IMG/VR virus record: IMGVR_UViG_3300036979_000299
Coordinates: 1-50,599 of that record
Reading direction: 5' to 3' (one strand)
From: a virus
Lineage: Duplodnaviria > Caudoviricetes
Length of the DNA stretch: 50,599 nt
Shown: positions 23,038 through 32,120 of the stretch, piece by piece
Position numbering within the stretch: position 1 is the stretch's first letter
How the letters are laid out: every line of letters starts with the position of its first letter
The notes under the pieces: generated by a model
The model's input: only the letters and a program-made list of their open reading frames with translations
Told to the model about the DNA's origin: nothing
The model's database searches: none
Program-made: the position numbers and the translations under genes

Positions 23038-24751
23038 GACCAACACGGCCAACAAGTACAACGCGAACATCGTGTGCTTGGGCTGGTGCGAGTTCGATCT
23101 GTCCGGACACATTTACGACAAGGGCATCCTCGGGTTCGGCCCGGTCAACAAGAAGAAGCTGCCCCCCCTGAAAGAGCGCAACGTGGTCATGCACGGATCG
23201 GACTTCGATCTGTTCCTGCTGAACCGGGAGGAACATCAACTGGACAAGGCGCATGACACGCTGCTGATGGCGAAGCATTGGCGGAACGACCTGCCAAGTT
23301 ACAGCCTGAAGGCGCTGTCGTGGTACCTGTTCGGCGAGTTGTACCTGGAGTTGTCCACGTTGGAGCAGTGGTTTCGAGACAGGGGGGAGTCCACCGATGA
23401 CGAATCGAACTTCGATATGTCCGCTCCGCCTCCAGACTTGGTGGGTAGGTACTGCTTGAAGGATGTGGAGATGACAGCCAAGCTGGCATGTTGGTTGTAC
23501 CCCAAAGTGGCAGACAACTACGCCTACCAACAGGACATCGAATTCAATCCGATCAACATTGAGATCCAAAGCAACGGGATTACAGTGGACAAGAAGTTCC
23601 TGAGACGGTTCGTGAAGAACGGGAAGCAGAGAATCAAACGGAGGACAAGCGATGCCGACACGAGGATGCGGGAAGCGGGTGTGCTCGAAGGAAAGAAGAA
23701 ACCTACAGGAGATGCTGTCCGCACATATTTGGGCGGCCTCGGAGAGACTAGACGTACTCTTAAGAGCCGCAAGATCCTCGCCAATGAAGTCGTGTTCAGA
23801 GGTTACGAGAAGGACAAGATCATTCAGGACATCTCAATCATCAAGTCAGTCCAGAAAGAGGTAAACACCTATGCGAAGAATCTCCTCACAGCCTGTGGAA
23901 AAACTGATCGCTTCCACCCCAATTTGGTCATGTCTGCTGCCATCACTAGGCGGTTCCGCTCATGGAGCCTGTACGGTGATACCGGACAGATCACTCGTGG
24001 TCAAGTTCAGAACTTTCCAAGAGGACACGGTATCCGTGACAGTATCGTTACCCCACCTGGATTCGTGTTTGGAAAGCTTGATCTCGCTTCCATCGAAGCC
24101 AGGCTCGGTGCTCACCTTATGGCTGTGTTCCTCAAAGAATTCTGGTTCTGCAACCAGTACAAAGCGAACGATTCGTTCAACATCTACCTCCACGTTGTCA
24201 AGACCTGCACCGGGAACGGGGAGATCACGAAGAAGGATCACCTCTACCAAGCGTACAAGCACGGGTGCCTAGGCATCCAGTACGGGGTCGGGAGCAAGAC
24301 GTTCTATGTCACGATGCACGACAAGTTCAACCTGCCGGTCACGGAGAACGAATGCTCCCAGATCTACGCGAACATCAATCGGAGGTTCCCGGTCTTCAAA
24401 GCACTACAGCGTGTTGTCTCCGCGCTCGTGGAGAAACAGGGCTTCCTCCTGGATGACTTCGGGGCGATCTACTACGTCCCCAAGGAGGAGCGGTACAAGG
24501 GGGTCAACTACCTCTGCCAAGGATGTGCCGGGAACATCCTGAAATGGTGGGGCTTGGAGATCCACAAGCGTCTTGTCGGAAAAGACTACATCTTCTGCGA
24601 GGTGCATGACGAATTCGACATGGCCCTTGAGAAGAAAGGCGCTGGGAAGCGGGCACAGATGTACTGCGACACACTCAAGTCCTTGGATCTGTTCAGCTTA
24701 CCCATTCGGGCTGAGTGGTCTATCGGTAGAACTTGGGCTGACGTTGGATAA
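23003..24751 (+). CDS. polA: DNA polymerase family A with 3'-5' exonuclease domain
   Basis: Exo DFET / SDFDL / YCLKD; motif A DLASIEAR, motif B K...LG..YG, motif C VHDE. Confidence 0.93.
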   Translation: MKEKKWISLDFETNTANKYNANIVCLGWCEFDLSGHIYDKGILGFGPVNKKKLPPLKERNVVMHGSDFDLFLLNREEHQLDKAHDTLLMAKHWRNDLPSYSLKALSWYLFGELYLELSTLEQWFRDRGESTDDESNFDMSAPPPDLVGRYCLKDVEMTAKLACWLYPKVADNYAYQQDIEFNPINIEIQSNGITVDKKFLRRFVKNGKQRIKRRTSDADTRMREAGVLEGKKKPTGDAVRTYLGGLGETRRTLKSRKILANEVVFRGYEKDKIIQDISIIKSVQKEVNTYAKNLLTACGKTDRFHPNLVMSAAITRRFRSWSLYGDTGQITRGQVQNFPRGHGIRDSIVTPPGFVFGKLDLASIEARLGAHLMAVFLKEFWFCNQYKANDSFNIYLHVVKTCTGNGEITKKDHLYQAYKHGCLGIQYGVGSKTFYVTMHDKFNLPVTENECSQIYANINRRFPVFKALQRVVSALVEKQGFLLDDFGAIYYVPKEERYKGVNYLCQGCAGNILKWWGLEIHKRLVGKDYIFCEVHDEFDMALEKKGAGKRAQMYCDTLKSLDLFSLPIRAEWSIGRTWADVG

Positions 24752-24792
24752 CCGGCCCACCAGGATGCCCCAGGAAGCCCGATCTCACCCAC

Positions 24793-24822
24793 CCCCCATC
24801 TCCTCACACGGGGAGGTGGGGG
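24793..24822. terminator. Hairpin between the convergent arms
   Basis: CCCCCATCTCCTC-loop-GGGGAGGTGGGGG; no clear U-tract. Confidence 0.5.
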
Positions 24823-24823
24823 A

Positions 24824-27800
24824 TCAGGGCTGCCTGCCTACCGGCAGCAAGCGCTTCATGCCTTTAATGCCCTTGGCGTACTCACGATTGGCTGCATCCA
24901 GAGCGGCCTGGTGTTCCTCTTCGCTGCCGATGATCGTGGTTCCGGCAGATTGGTACGCTCCATTGATGGCGGACAGGAGTTGGTTCACATAAGTCACCAC
25001 CGGACTGGCATTCATTATCCCACTGAATGGTCCAGCCAAAGTCCACCCAAAGATCCGCTTCGCCGGCACACCCATGGATGCCATGAGTGATCCAGCGATC
25101 AGCCACATCCCAGCCACTTGCAGGCTGCGGTTCAAGTTCGCCCCACCTTTACCCTGCATTGCCGCTCCCCACGATCTACGTGCGGCGATGGAGGCGTAGT
25201 CCGCGTAGTTCATGGTCCAGCTCTTGTACATCCCCACGGCTTTGGCCGCCACGTTGTCGAAGATCAGGGGTTGACCACCTGCTCCATACCGCCACTGGCT
25301 GAAGTTCACATTCCACTGAACCCACTGCCGCTTGGCTTCATCCACCCTGCCCTCCCGGATCTTCTCCAGGATCTCCATGGACAGAGGCTTGCTCATGTGT
25401 CCATTGAACACTCTCTTGGCCAGGGGGGATGGCCCATTCCCGACAGCCACGGATGTTGCCTTGTCGAATGAGGTGATCCCCCCCAGCAATCCGAGCACCT
25501 GCTCGTCGTTCATGTTGGGGATGTGTTCATCCTTGATCGCTTTCTCCACCGAGCGCCACCGCTCCATGGCACCCGCCGCCGTGCCGTACACAGCAATGGT
25601 GTCACTCAAGGAGAACGGAAGCATCATCAGCTTGTACATTCGATTCACCGCACCCCGAATAGCGGAGTCCGACATCCGGGGGGTCTCCATCATTCCCAGA
25701 TCGGGGCGAAGATCAATGGACCGAAGGTACGAGATCACTTCCGGATCTGCGTTCATCACCTTGTGGATTCCAGAGAACAACGCATCCGCCCCCAGCGATT
25801 GAGCGGCCATGGGAAGCTGGCCCATAATGTTTCCAATCGGAGCCAGTACGTTGTTGGGCAGTCCCAGTGTTGAAGCGTACAGGAACGAGAACACATCGTG
25901 AGTAGCACTGCTGAGTGGCAGACTGTGCGATGTGCTGTGCTCCTTGACCACCCAGTTCAGTCCGGGCAACGCCTTGAACAGCGGATTGTCCCGGAGAGAT
26001 TCAGTCATCGTGTTCATCTTCTCGGACAAGATGTTGATGGGATGGAACAAGTTCTTGCTTCGAGCCCACCGATCCAACGATCCTGGGATACCCAGTGTGG
26101 AGTTGATGTACTTACTGACCACGGTATCCACTGTATCCTGGGTGCGTCCATCCCAGCTCTTCGATTGTTTGGCCAACTCACCCGTCATCCAGTTCATGTA
26201 CGGGACCATGTCCTGAAAGATCAGCTTCCGGATGGCACGGCGAGCGTAGATCTCCATCAGCTTCCGGGTGTCCTTGATCGTGACCATGTCATCCAGGAAA
26301 GCGTTGTTCAATTCACGCTCCCGTTGCATGAACGGCGTGGCCTCCCCTGGTGTGGGAGCACCCGGCTTGTCGGTTGACGTGGTGAGACTGAGCATGTCCT
26401 CCAGAGTCTTGATCTCCTTGCCGGTCAGTCTGCTGACCAGTGGATGATTCTTGTTCTGGTACAGGAACTCGGTCATGTCGGTAACGGACTGACCCGACTT
26501 CTTCATCAGTCGAATCAGGGGGACGTACTTGTTCCTGAATTGCAGGGGAGTGATGATCCCCCATTCAGCGAAGTCATCGAACATCTTCCGGTCATTCTTC
26601 GCCACCCACTCAGCGTTGTGGAGAATCTTGGCTGCGTTCTCGCCGCCCGCCAGCGAATCGCTCACCCGCTTCACGAGCATGTCCTGAACTTGATCGGGAG
26701 TCTTACCGTGTCCGGGCTTGAGTCCGAGTTCATCGAACTCAACATGCGCTCTACCTTGCGCGTCGTTGATGAGCCACCCGGCCAGAGTAGCCAACCGATC
26801 ACCCGCCAACCCATCTCTCATCCTCCACGGAACTTGCTTCCAATACGCCATTACCTTGGCATCCACCGACATCCTGAGCCTGAGTTCGTTCCTGTGCCTG
26901 AGCTGCATTGCAGCATCAAGGTCATGGAAACGAATCCCTGTCAGCCGGGTCAACTGATCCAGCGATGGGAGCAGCGCCGCATATCGGCGAACCATGCTGG
27001 GGCTCTCGCCTGTCACCACCTCATCGGGGATGGAATTGGGATCGAACACACGTCCATCGTGGAGCGTGATCTTCTGGAGGGGGACCGACTCCAACTTAAC
27101 TTCCTGATTCCTGGCCATCTCAGTGCCCCAGAAAGCGCGGGTCGCATTGATGGCTTGGCCCCGGAGATTCCGAACGTACTGGTTGTACTGAGTGCGGGTC
27201 AGAACTTCACTCAGCTTCCTGCCTTCTCGAATTAGACAATCCGCCAGCGTGTCACCTATCCCCGAAACAGGGGAGAGTGCAGAATGGATCAGATCCCGCT
27301 TCTCCGTGGCGGCAGCTTCCTTGGAGATGGTCAGCGGCATGTCCGTGTAGCCGCTCAAGTCGTTGGCCTTTATCCGCACCACGGATTCAGCCACTTGCTC
27401 GGGTGTGATACCCAGAGCCTTGGCTTCCTCCTCGATAGCCGGGAACTCCTCGGGCTTGTTCTTCCGGACTGCCAACGCCAGCTTATCGAACCACGTCTTG
27501 TGGGCGGACGGAACAGCGGATGCCAGCTTGTTGGCGTAGGACTCGACGGCTCTCCCCCTGGCCACGTCTTGCATTTTGGGTTTGTCCAGAACCGGGCGGT
27601 ACTCGACCGATGGAAGCGCGGCGATCTCATCTCTCATTTCTTGCGGTGTTTTGAGTGTGGACTTCTCGGTTTGCTTCGCCCGTTCGGATTGGATCTTGCT
27701 CACCCACTCCTTCGGTGAAGCAGTTTCCGATATGATGTGTGTGCCTCCAGTATCCTTCAGAGTGAACTGCCAAGTTGGTTCTTTCCCACCCTCCGTGGTT

Positions 27801-29422
27801 CGAGCATCCAATCGAACATTCATCCTGTCAGCCAGAACCTTTATCCACTCAGGCACAACCCCACCGGCCTGACGTTCCCCAGTCATCATGTCTACGAACT
27901 CGATCTCTTTTGGAGACACGACAACGGGCTGTTTCTTCTCTTCTGTCTTACGCCATGACAGCCCCTCTTCCTTGGCGATAGATGTCAGGGTCGGTTCATC
28001 CGGGGACATCTTGTTCGTCTTGGAGTATGGAACTTTGTTGATGTCCAAGTAAGCGTATTTCCCCGTGGATGGGACTGGACCTTCTTGCAGAACACCAGCT
28101 GCCAGCTTGATCTGTGTGCGGAGATCTCCCTCCGAGACGTTTAGGTTGATCTTCGGTCCTTTGGTCTGCTTGTTGATGGACTCAGCGATGTCGATCAGTC
28201 CGCTCTGATCCTTGGGGACTTTCATTACTTCACCGTTGGACAGTCCGACCAACTCTCCCTCTGCTACGTACAGAGGAGCATCGTCCACCTTGCGAATTAG
28301 CTCTTCGTTCGAGAGTGGTTTGTACTGATCCCTCTCCACCGCTGCATCACCAACTCTTCTTGGTATGGGAGATGGAGACATACTCTGAATTATTCCTCTG
28401 GCTGTTACCTCTTCCGTCAAAGCTTGTTTGTTGATCTTCCTTATCGTCCGAATGTTGTCGCCGATTATGACTGAGCGATGCACAGCACGAGACAGCCCGG
28501 TAATAGCCGCGAAGGACTCCCCACCTTCCAGCATGTCCTTCTTGATCTGATCCAATCCGATTGAATCCAGCGGGGCAAGACCCTGCTCCGCCCGACGTTG
28601 ATTCTCGGACCCGATAGCCACATTGGATGCCACATCCGAGGCTCCCGCCATCCCAGCCCCAGCCGCTCCACCACCAGCAATGGCGGCTGGACCACGAAGC
28701 AGGGTCTTTATGAAAGACTCACCTGCTCGTTCAGTCGCCTGCTTTGCGGCAGACTTCCACGGACTCAAGACATTGAGGAGTCCACCCGTCATCAGAGCAC
28801 CCTCGATGGGTCCGGACACAGCCGCCACGTCTCGGGATATGTCGGGCGAAATACCACGGGATTCCAACTCACCCAGCTTGGATCCGGAACTCACCGTGCT
28901 CATTGCGGCGAACTCACCGGCTGGCCCAATCGGCTTCTTAAGCGCGACCATCGCCGCAAGAATAGGCAACACAGAACCTATCTCAGTCCCCCACTTGCTA
29001 GCCATGCCTTCCCCAAGCCAAGGTTTTGCTCTGGCTTCTTCCACACGTTCCAATCCGGATACTTGAGAGAGCCTATCCAGTGCCCCCGCCACGGTGTTGA
29101 AAGGCTGCTCCAATCTGGACATGACTGGGTTCCGAATGGAATCCGGAATCAAATTCACACCCATCAGTGGATTAACTGCACCGGGTAGCAAAGCTTTCTC
29201 CATCAACCCAGGAACACCCCGGATGAGTCCAGCCAACATATTCACCCCACCATGAGCGAAAGCCTCTATGGGAATTGTCCACGGATGGGGAGTTGAACCG
29301 GACTGCTCACTAACCAGGGGGGGCTGACCCTGTGTGGGGACCATGTCTTCCGGGCGGAAGAAGGAACCAGCCGTAGGCTGTGGGGAGATTATGTCCTCGG
29401 GTCTGAAGAAATTGTCAGCCAT
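24824..29422 (-). CDS. Large internal virion / DNA ejection protein
   Basis: 1532 aa, last gene of the structural arm, Gly/Ala-rich hydrophobic segments near both ends; call from position and composition. Confidence 0.7.
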   Translation of the reverse strand: MADNFFRPEDIISPQPTAGSFFRPEDMVPTQGQPPLVSEQSGSTPHPWTIPIEAFAHGGVNMLAGLIRGVPGLMEKALLPGAVNPLMGVNLIPDSIRNPVMSRLEQPFNTVAGALDRLSQVSGLERVEEARAKPWLGEGMASKWGTEIGSVLPILAAMVALKKPIGPAGEFAAMSTVSSGSKLGELESRGISPDISRDVAAVSGPIEGALMTGGLLNVLSPWKSAAKQATERAGESFIKTLLRGPAAIAGGGAAGAGMAGASDVASNVAIGSENQRRAEQGLAPLDSIGLDQIKKDMLEGGESFAAITGLSRAVHRSVIIGDNIRTIRKINKQALTEEVTARGIIQSMSPSPIPRRVGDAAVERDQYKPLSNEELIRKVDDAPLYVAEGELVGLSNGEVMKVPKDQSGLIDIAESINKQTKGPKINLNVSEGDLRTQIKLAAGVLQEGPVPSTGKYAYLDINKVPYSKTNKMSPDEPTLTSIAKEEGLSWRKTEEKKQPVVVSPKEIEFVDMMTGERQAGGVVPEWIKVLADRMNVRLDARTTEGGKEPTWQFTLKDTGGTHIISETASPKEWVSKIQSERAKQTEKSTLKTPQEMRDEIAALPSVEYRPVLDKPKMQDVARGRAVESYANKLASAVPSAHKTWFDKLALAVRKNKPEEFPAIEEEAKALGITPEQVAESVVRIKANDLSGYTDMPLTISKEAAATEKRDLIHSALSPVSGIGDTLADCLIREGRKLSEVLTRTQYNQYVRNLRGQAINATRAFWGTEMARNQEVKLESVPLQKITLHDGRVFDPNSIPDEVVTGESPSMVRRYAALLPSLDQLTRLTGIRFHDLDAAMQLRHRNELRLRMSVDAKVMAYWKQVPWRMRDGLAGDRLATLAGWLINDAQGRAHVEFDELGLKPGHGKTPDQVQDMLVKRVSDSLAGGENAAKILHNAEWVAKNDRKMFDDFAEWGIITPLQFRNKYVPLIRLMKKSGQSVTDMTEFLYQNKNHPLVSRLTGKEIKTLEDMLSLTTSTDKPGAPTPGEATPFMQRERELNNAFLDDMVTIKDTRKLMEIYARRAIRKLIFQDMVPYMNWMTGELAKQSKSWDGRTQDTVDTVVSKYINSTLGIPGSLDRWARSKNLFHPINILSEKMNTMTESLRDNPLFKALPGLNWVVKEHSTSHSLPLSSATHDVFSFLYASTLGLPNNVLAPIGNIMGQLPMAAQSLGADALFSGIHKVMNADPEVISYLRSIDLRPDLGMMETPRMSDSAIRGAVNRMYKLMMLPFSLSDTIAVYGTAAGAMERWRSVEKAIKDEHIPNMNDEQVLGLLGGITSFDKATSVAVGNGPSPLAKRVFNGHMSKPLSMEILEKIREGRVDEAKRQWVQWNVNFSQWRYGAGGQPLIFDNVAAKAVGMYKSWTMNYADYASIAARRSWGAAMQGKGGANLNRSLQVAGMWLIAGSLMASMGVPAKRIFGWTLAGPFSGIMNASPVVTYVNQLLSAINGAYQSAGTTIIGSEEEHQAALDAANREYAKGIKGMKRLLPVGRQP

Positions 29423-29436
29423 TTTACCACCACCTT

Positions 29437-31029
29437 CTACGGTACGATGACCCCACCCTTGCTTGTGTAATGACCTGCCGAACTAGCTGGAACAGTTTGC
29501 ACAACTCCCTCGGGGGATTTGATTTTCACTGTCCCCGTATCCGGTGGAGGTTGGTTCCCCTGTACCATCATAAACTGAGCCACCTTCACGGGATCAATCG
29601 TGTACGGGTTGTTGAGCCACGATGTCGGGGAGAATACCGATCTCGGTCCTTGTCCTTGTGCGGCTGCCGGATACTGCTGCGCGTACATGTTGATCGCGTC
29701 TTGGTTTATGCCGCCTGTCTTCGTTGTGATGTTGGACTGAACCATCCTCAACAGATTGTTGAACATCGTGTTGTCGGCTACGTCTCCACGAGTGGCTGCA
29801 TTGGCTCTGGCTGCTTCTGCCAGCGCGTTGTTGTAGTCGATCTGGGACTGCTGATATGGCTGGTTGTATTGCTGTTGAGCCTGCGTGTTGGCCAACTGGT
29901 TCTGACCTGCAAGCTGCGTGTTCTGCAACTGACCCATATTCCCCATGGCCGTGTTCTGCAACTGCCCCTGGTTTCGGAGCATCTGTTCCAGGTAAGCGTT
30001 CTGTCCTTGCATCCCCTGAATGCCCATCTGGTTCTGACCGGCGAGTGCGGTGTTCTGGAGCTGGCCCTGATTCGCCATCTGCTGTCTCAGGAGATCCCCA
30101 CTCTGACCCATCTGTGCCAACTGCATCTTGGCAGCGATGTCAGCTTGAGACATTCCCTGATTGGCTTCGATCTGCTTCATTCCCAACTGGTATTGGAGCA
30201 TGGCTTTCTGGTAGTCCGAATCCATGGCCGCTTGCTGTTGCTGATACTGCATCTGTGCCTGCTGTGCGGCTTGCGCCAACTTCGCCCGTTCGATGGCTGC
30301 GTCTGCGGCCAACTTCTCACGACCCAGGTAGTCCGTCTGTTGCGATCCGGCCACACCCTTCAGGTAGGGAGCCGTGACGTTGGCCATCATGCTGGCATAG
30401 TCCGTAGCCAGGCCCTGCTGTGCCTGCTGATTGGCGATGGGGACATCAGCCTGCTGTGCGCGAAGGGCTGCCTGCTGTGGATAGAATTGCTGAAGCAACT
30501 GTTGCACGGCATTTCCTGACAACTGGTTCGCTTCCAGGGGAGTGAGCCCCGAGTTCAATGCAGCCTGCCCTTGGGCCTGTCCTGCACCGCTGGCTTGAGA
30601 CTGGTACGTATTGGCCAGAGATCGGATCACGTCATCGAACGTGGACTGCTTGCCTTGGAACGCCTGTTGATATCCTGTCGATAAAGCGTTCAGCTTGTCG
30701 ATGTAGGTCTGGACCTGTCCTTCCAGTTCCGGAGAGCGATTGGCTTTCTGCGTCAGGGTTGGACCCCTTCCACTCGTGTAAGGCGTAGGCAAACCCGATC
30801 CCCCCTGGGTGGTCCTGGTCGTTGAAGAGTTACCACGATTCCCCACGCCCGTAGGCATGGGCATGGCCACGCGGGGAGCGGACGAGTTCATTGCCGCCGC
30901 ATAGTTGGCGGCGTTCTGCATCTGCCTATCCAGTGCCGACCAATCCCGAGTGGGAACGCCGAATCCCGGATCGTACCCCTGAAGAGCACCCGACCCACCG
31001 AACTGACCCAAGAACGTATTGTTTGCCAT
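29437..31029 (-). CDS. Gln-rich internal virion / DNA pilot-like protein
   Basis: 530 aa, Q/A/N/G-rich, three GQLQNT repeats. Confidence 0.65.
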   Translation of the reverse strand: MANNTFLGQFGGSGALQGYDPGFGVPTRDWSALDRQMQNAANYAAAMNSSAPRVAMPMPTGVGNRGNSSTTRTTQGGSGLPTPYTSGRGPTLTQKANRSPELEGQVQTYIDKLNALSTGYQQAFQGKQSTFDDVIRSLANTYQSQASGAGQAQGQAALNSGLTPLEANQLSGNAVQQLLQQFYPQQAALRAQQADVPIANQQAQQGLATDYASMMANVTAPYLKGVAGSQQTDYLGREKLAADAAIERAKLAQAAQQAQMQYQQQQAAMDSDYQKAMLQYQLGMKQIEANQGMSQADIAAKMQLAQMGQSGDLLRQQMANQGQLQNTALAGQNQMGIQGMQGQNAYLEQMLRNQGQLQNTAMGNMGQLQNTQLAGQNQLANTQAQQQYNQPYQQSQIDYNNALAEAARANAATRGDVADNTMFNNLLRMVQSNITTKTGGINQDAINMYAQQYPAAAQGQGPRSVFSPTSWLNNPYTIDPVKVAQFMMVQGNQPPPDTGTVKIKSPEGVVQTVPASSAGHYTSKGGVIVP

Positions 31030-31080
31030 CGCCCGTCTCCTATGCCTTGTTGTTACCTTGATTCTCCCATGATGACTTGC

Positions 31081-31563
31081 TCATGGCTTATTTCCCTCCA
31101 GCTTCAGTTCGTCAAGAATTGTTCGAGCAATAGCAAGGGCCTGCTTTCTCACGTACACTTCTTGGCTCTCCTTCACGCTGTTCACGTCTGCCGCGATAGC
31201 CTTGGTCTCCCACCGCTGGTACGCCGCCAATCCAAGAATGAGCGCCAAGATAATCGCCGGTATCCCCGCCGCCCTCCAATTCCCAACCTTCAGCCAGTCT
31301 CCGCCCCCACCTCTCAACAGCTTATTCAGCGCGGACCATTGCCTTTCGGCATTGGTCTTCAGATTCTCGATTTCCACTCGATGCCCCTCACATCGGTTGA
31401 AACCATTTGTCTTCAGGTCATCCCAACGCGCATTAGAAACCTCAATAAACGCATCCACCCTCTGCATAAAGTCCCTGGCACCATGCAACCGCCCAATCGC
31501 CTCATCCTCAATATCGCGCTGTTGTTGAAGTTGTATCCTCTGCGTTTTGCTGAGTTCGCTCAT
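31081..31563 (-). CDS. Coiled-coil single-TM membrane protein (possible lysis protein)
   Basis: AAGIPAIILALILGLAAY transmembrane segment; GAGGTG RBS. Confidence 0.6.
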   Translation of the reverse strand: MSELSKTQRIQLQQQRDIEDEAIGRLHGARDFMQRVDAFIEVSNARWDDLKTNGFNRCEGHRVEIENLKTNAERQWSALNKLLRGGGGDWLKVGNWRAAGIPAIILALILGLAAYQRWETKAIAADVNSVKESQEVYVRKQALAIARTILDELKLEGNKP

Positions 31564-31571
31564 AGTTCACC

Positions 31572-32084
31572 TCACGGCCACTTCACCCAACACACCTCGG
31601 TCAGCTGCTGTGGACTCATGCCCCCGCCCATTCGGCAAAACCCAGACAGCGCGATGCCCACAGTCTCTCCCGAGACTGGCACGTACAGGCGGGTGTCGCC
31701 GTCCGGTACGCAACAATCCTTGCGCTCCTTGTCCGATCCCTTACCAGGGGGTCTCAGCTTGTCGCATGGTCCACCATGCCAGCAGCCCCCCCTGTTGAGG
31801 AAGGTCCACAGATTGCCCACGGTCGGTTTGTCGCCCTTGACAACTGGCCACAGCTCCGGGTGCTCCAAGGTGTACGTGAACCGGCTGCCTGCCATTTTGA
31901 TGGTCATCCGATCCACCACGGGCCAGGTGCGGATGGATTCGGGCGCGGTGTGGAACTTGGCGTCATCCCAACCAACTCGTGAATACGTGGATGGCTGCGG
32001 TTGAGGCTCCGGTGTCGGAATCGGTGTCGGCTTCGGTTGCTTCTTCGCGAACAAACTCTTGATCCAGTTCCATATCCAGTTCAT
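31572..32084 (-). CDS. Hypothetical protein with amphipathic N-terminus, Pro-rich linker and Cys-rich domain
   Basis: MNWIWNWIKSLF, PKPTPIPTPEPQPQP, six Cys. Confidence 0.7.
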   Translation of the reverse strand: MNWIWNWIKSLFAKKQPKPTPIPTPEPQPQPSTYSRVGWDDAKFHTAPESIRTWPVVDRMTIKMAGSRFTYTLEHPELWPVVKGDKPTVGNLWTFLNRGGCWHGGPCDKLRPPGKGSDKERKDCCVPDGDTRLYVPVSGETVGIALSGFCRMGGGMSPQQLTEVCWVKWP

Positions 32085-32120
32085 ATCATTCCTCCATCCT
32101 GTTGTGTTTGGTCAGCGGCT

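Noticed and set aside
24824-29422. Virion RNA polymerase or tape measure protein
   Set aside because: No polymerase catalytic motifs recognised, and no tail tube or tail chaperone genes accompany it
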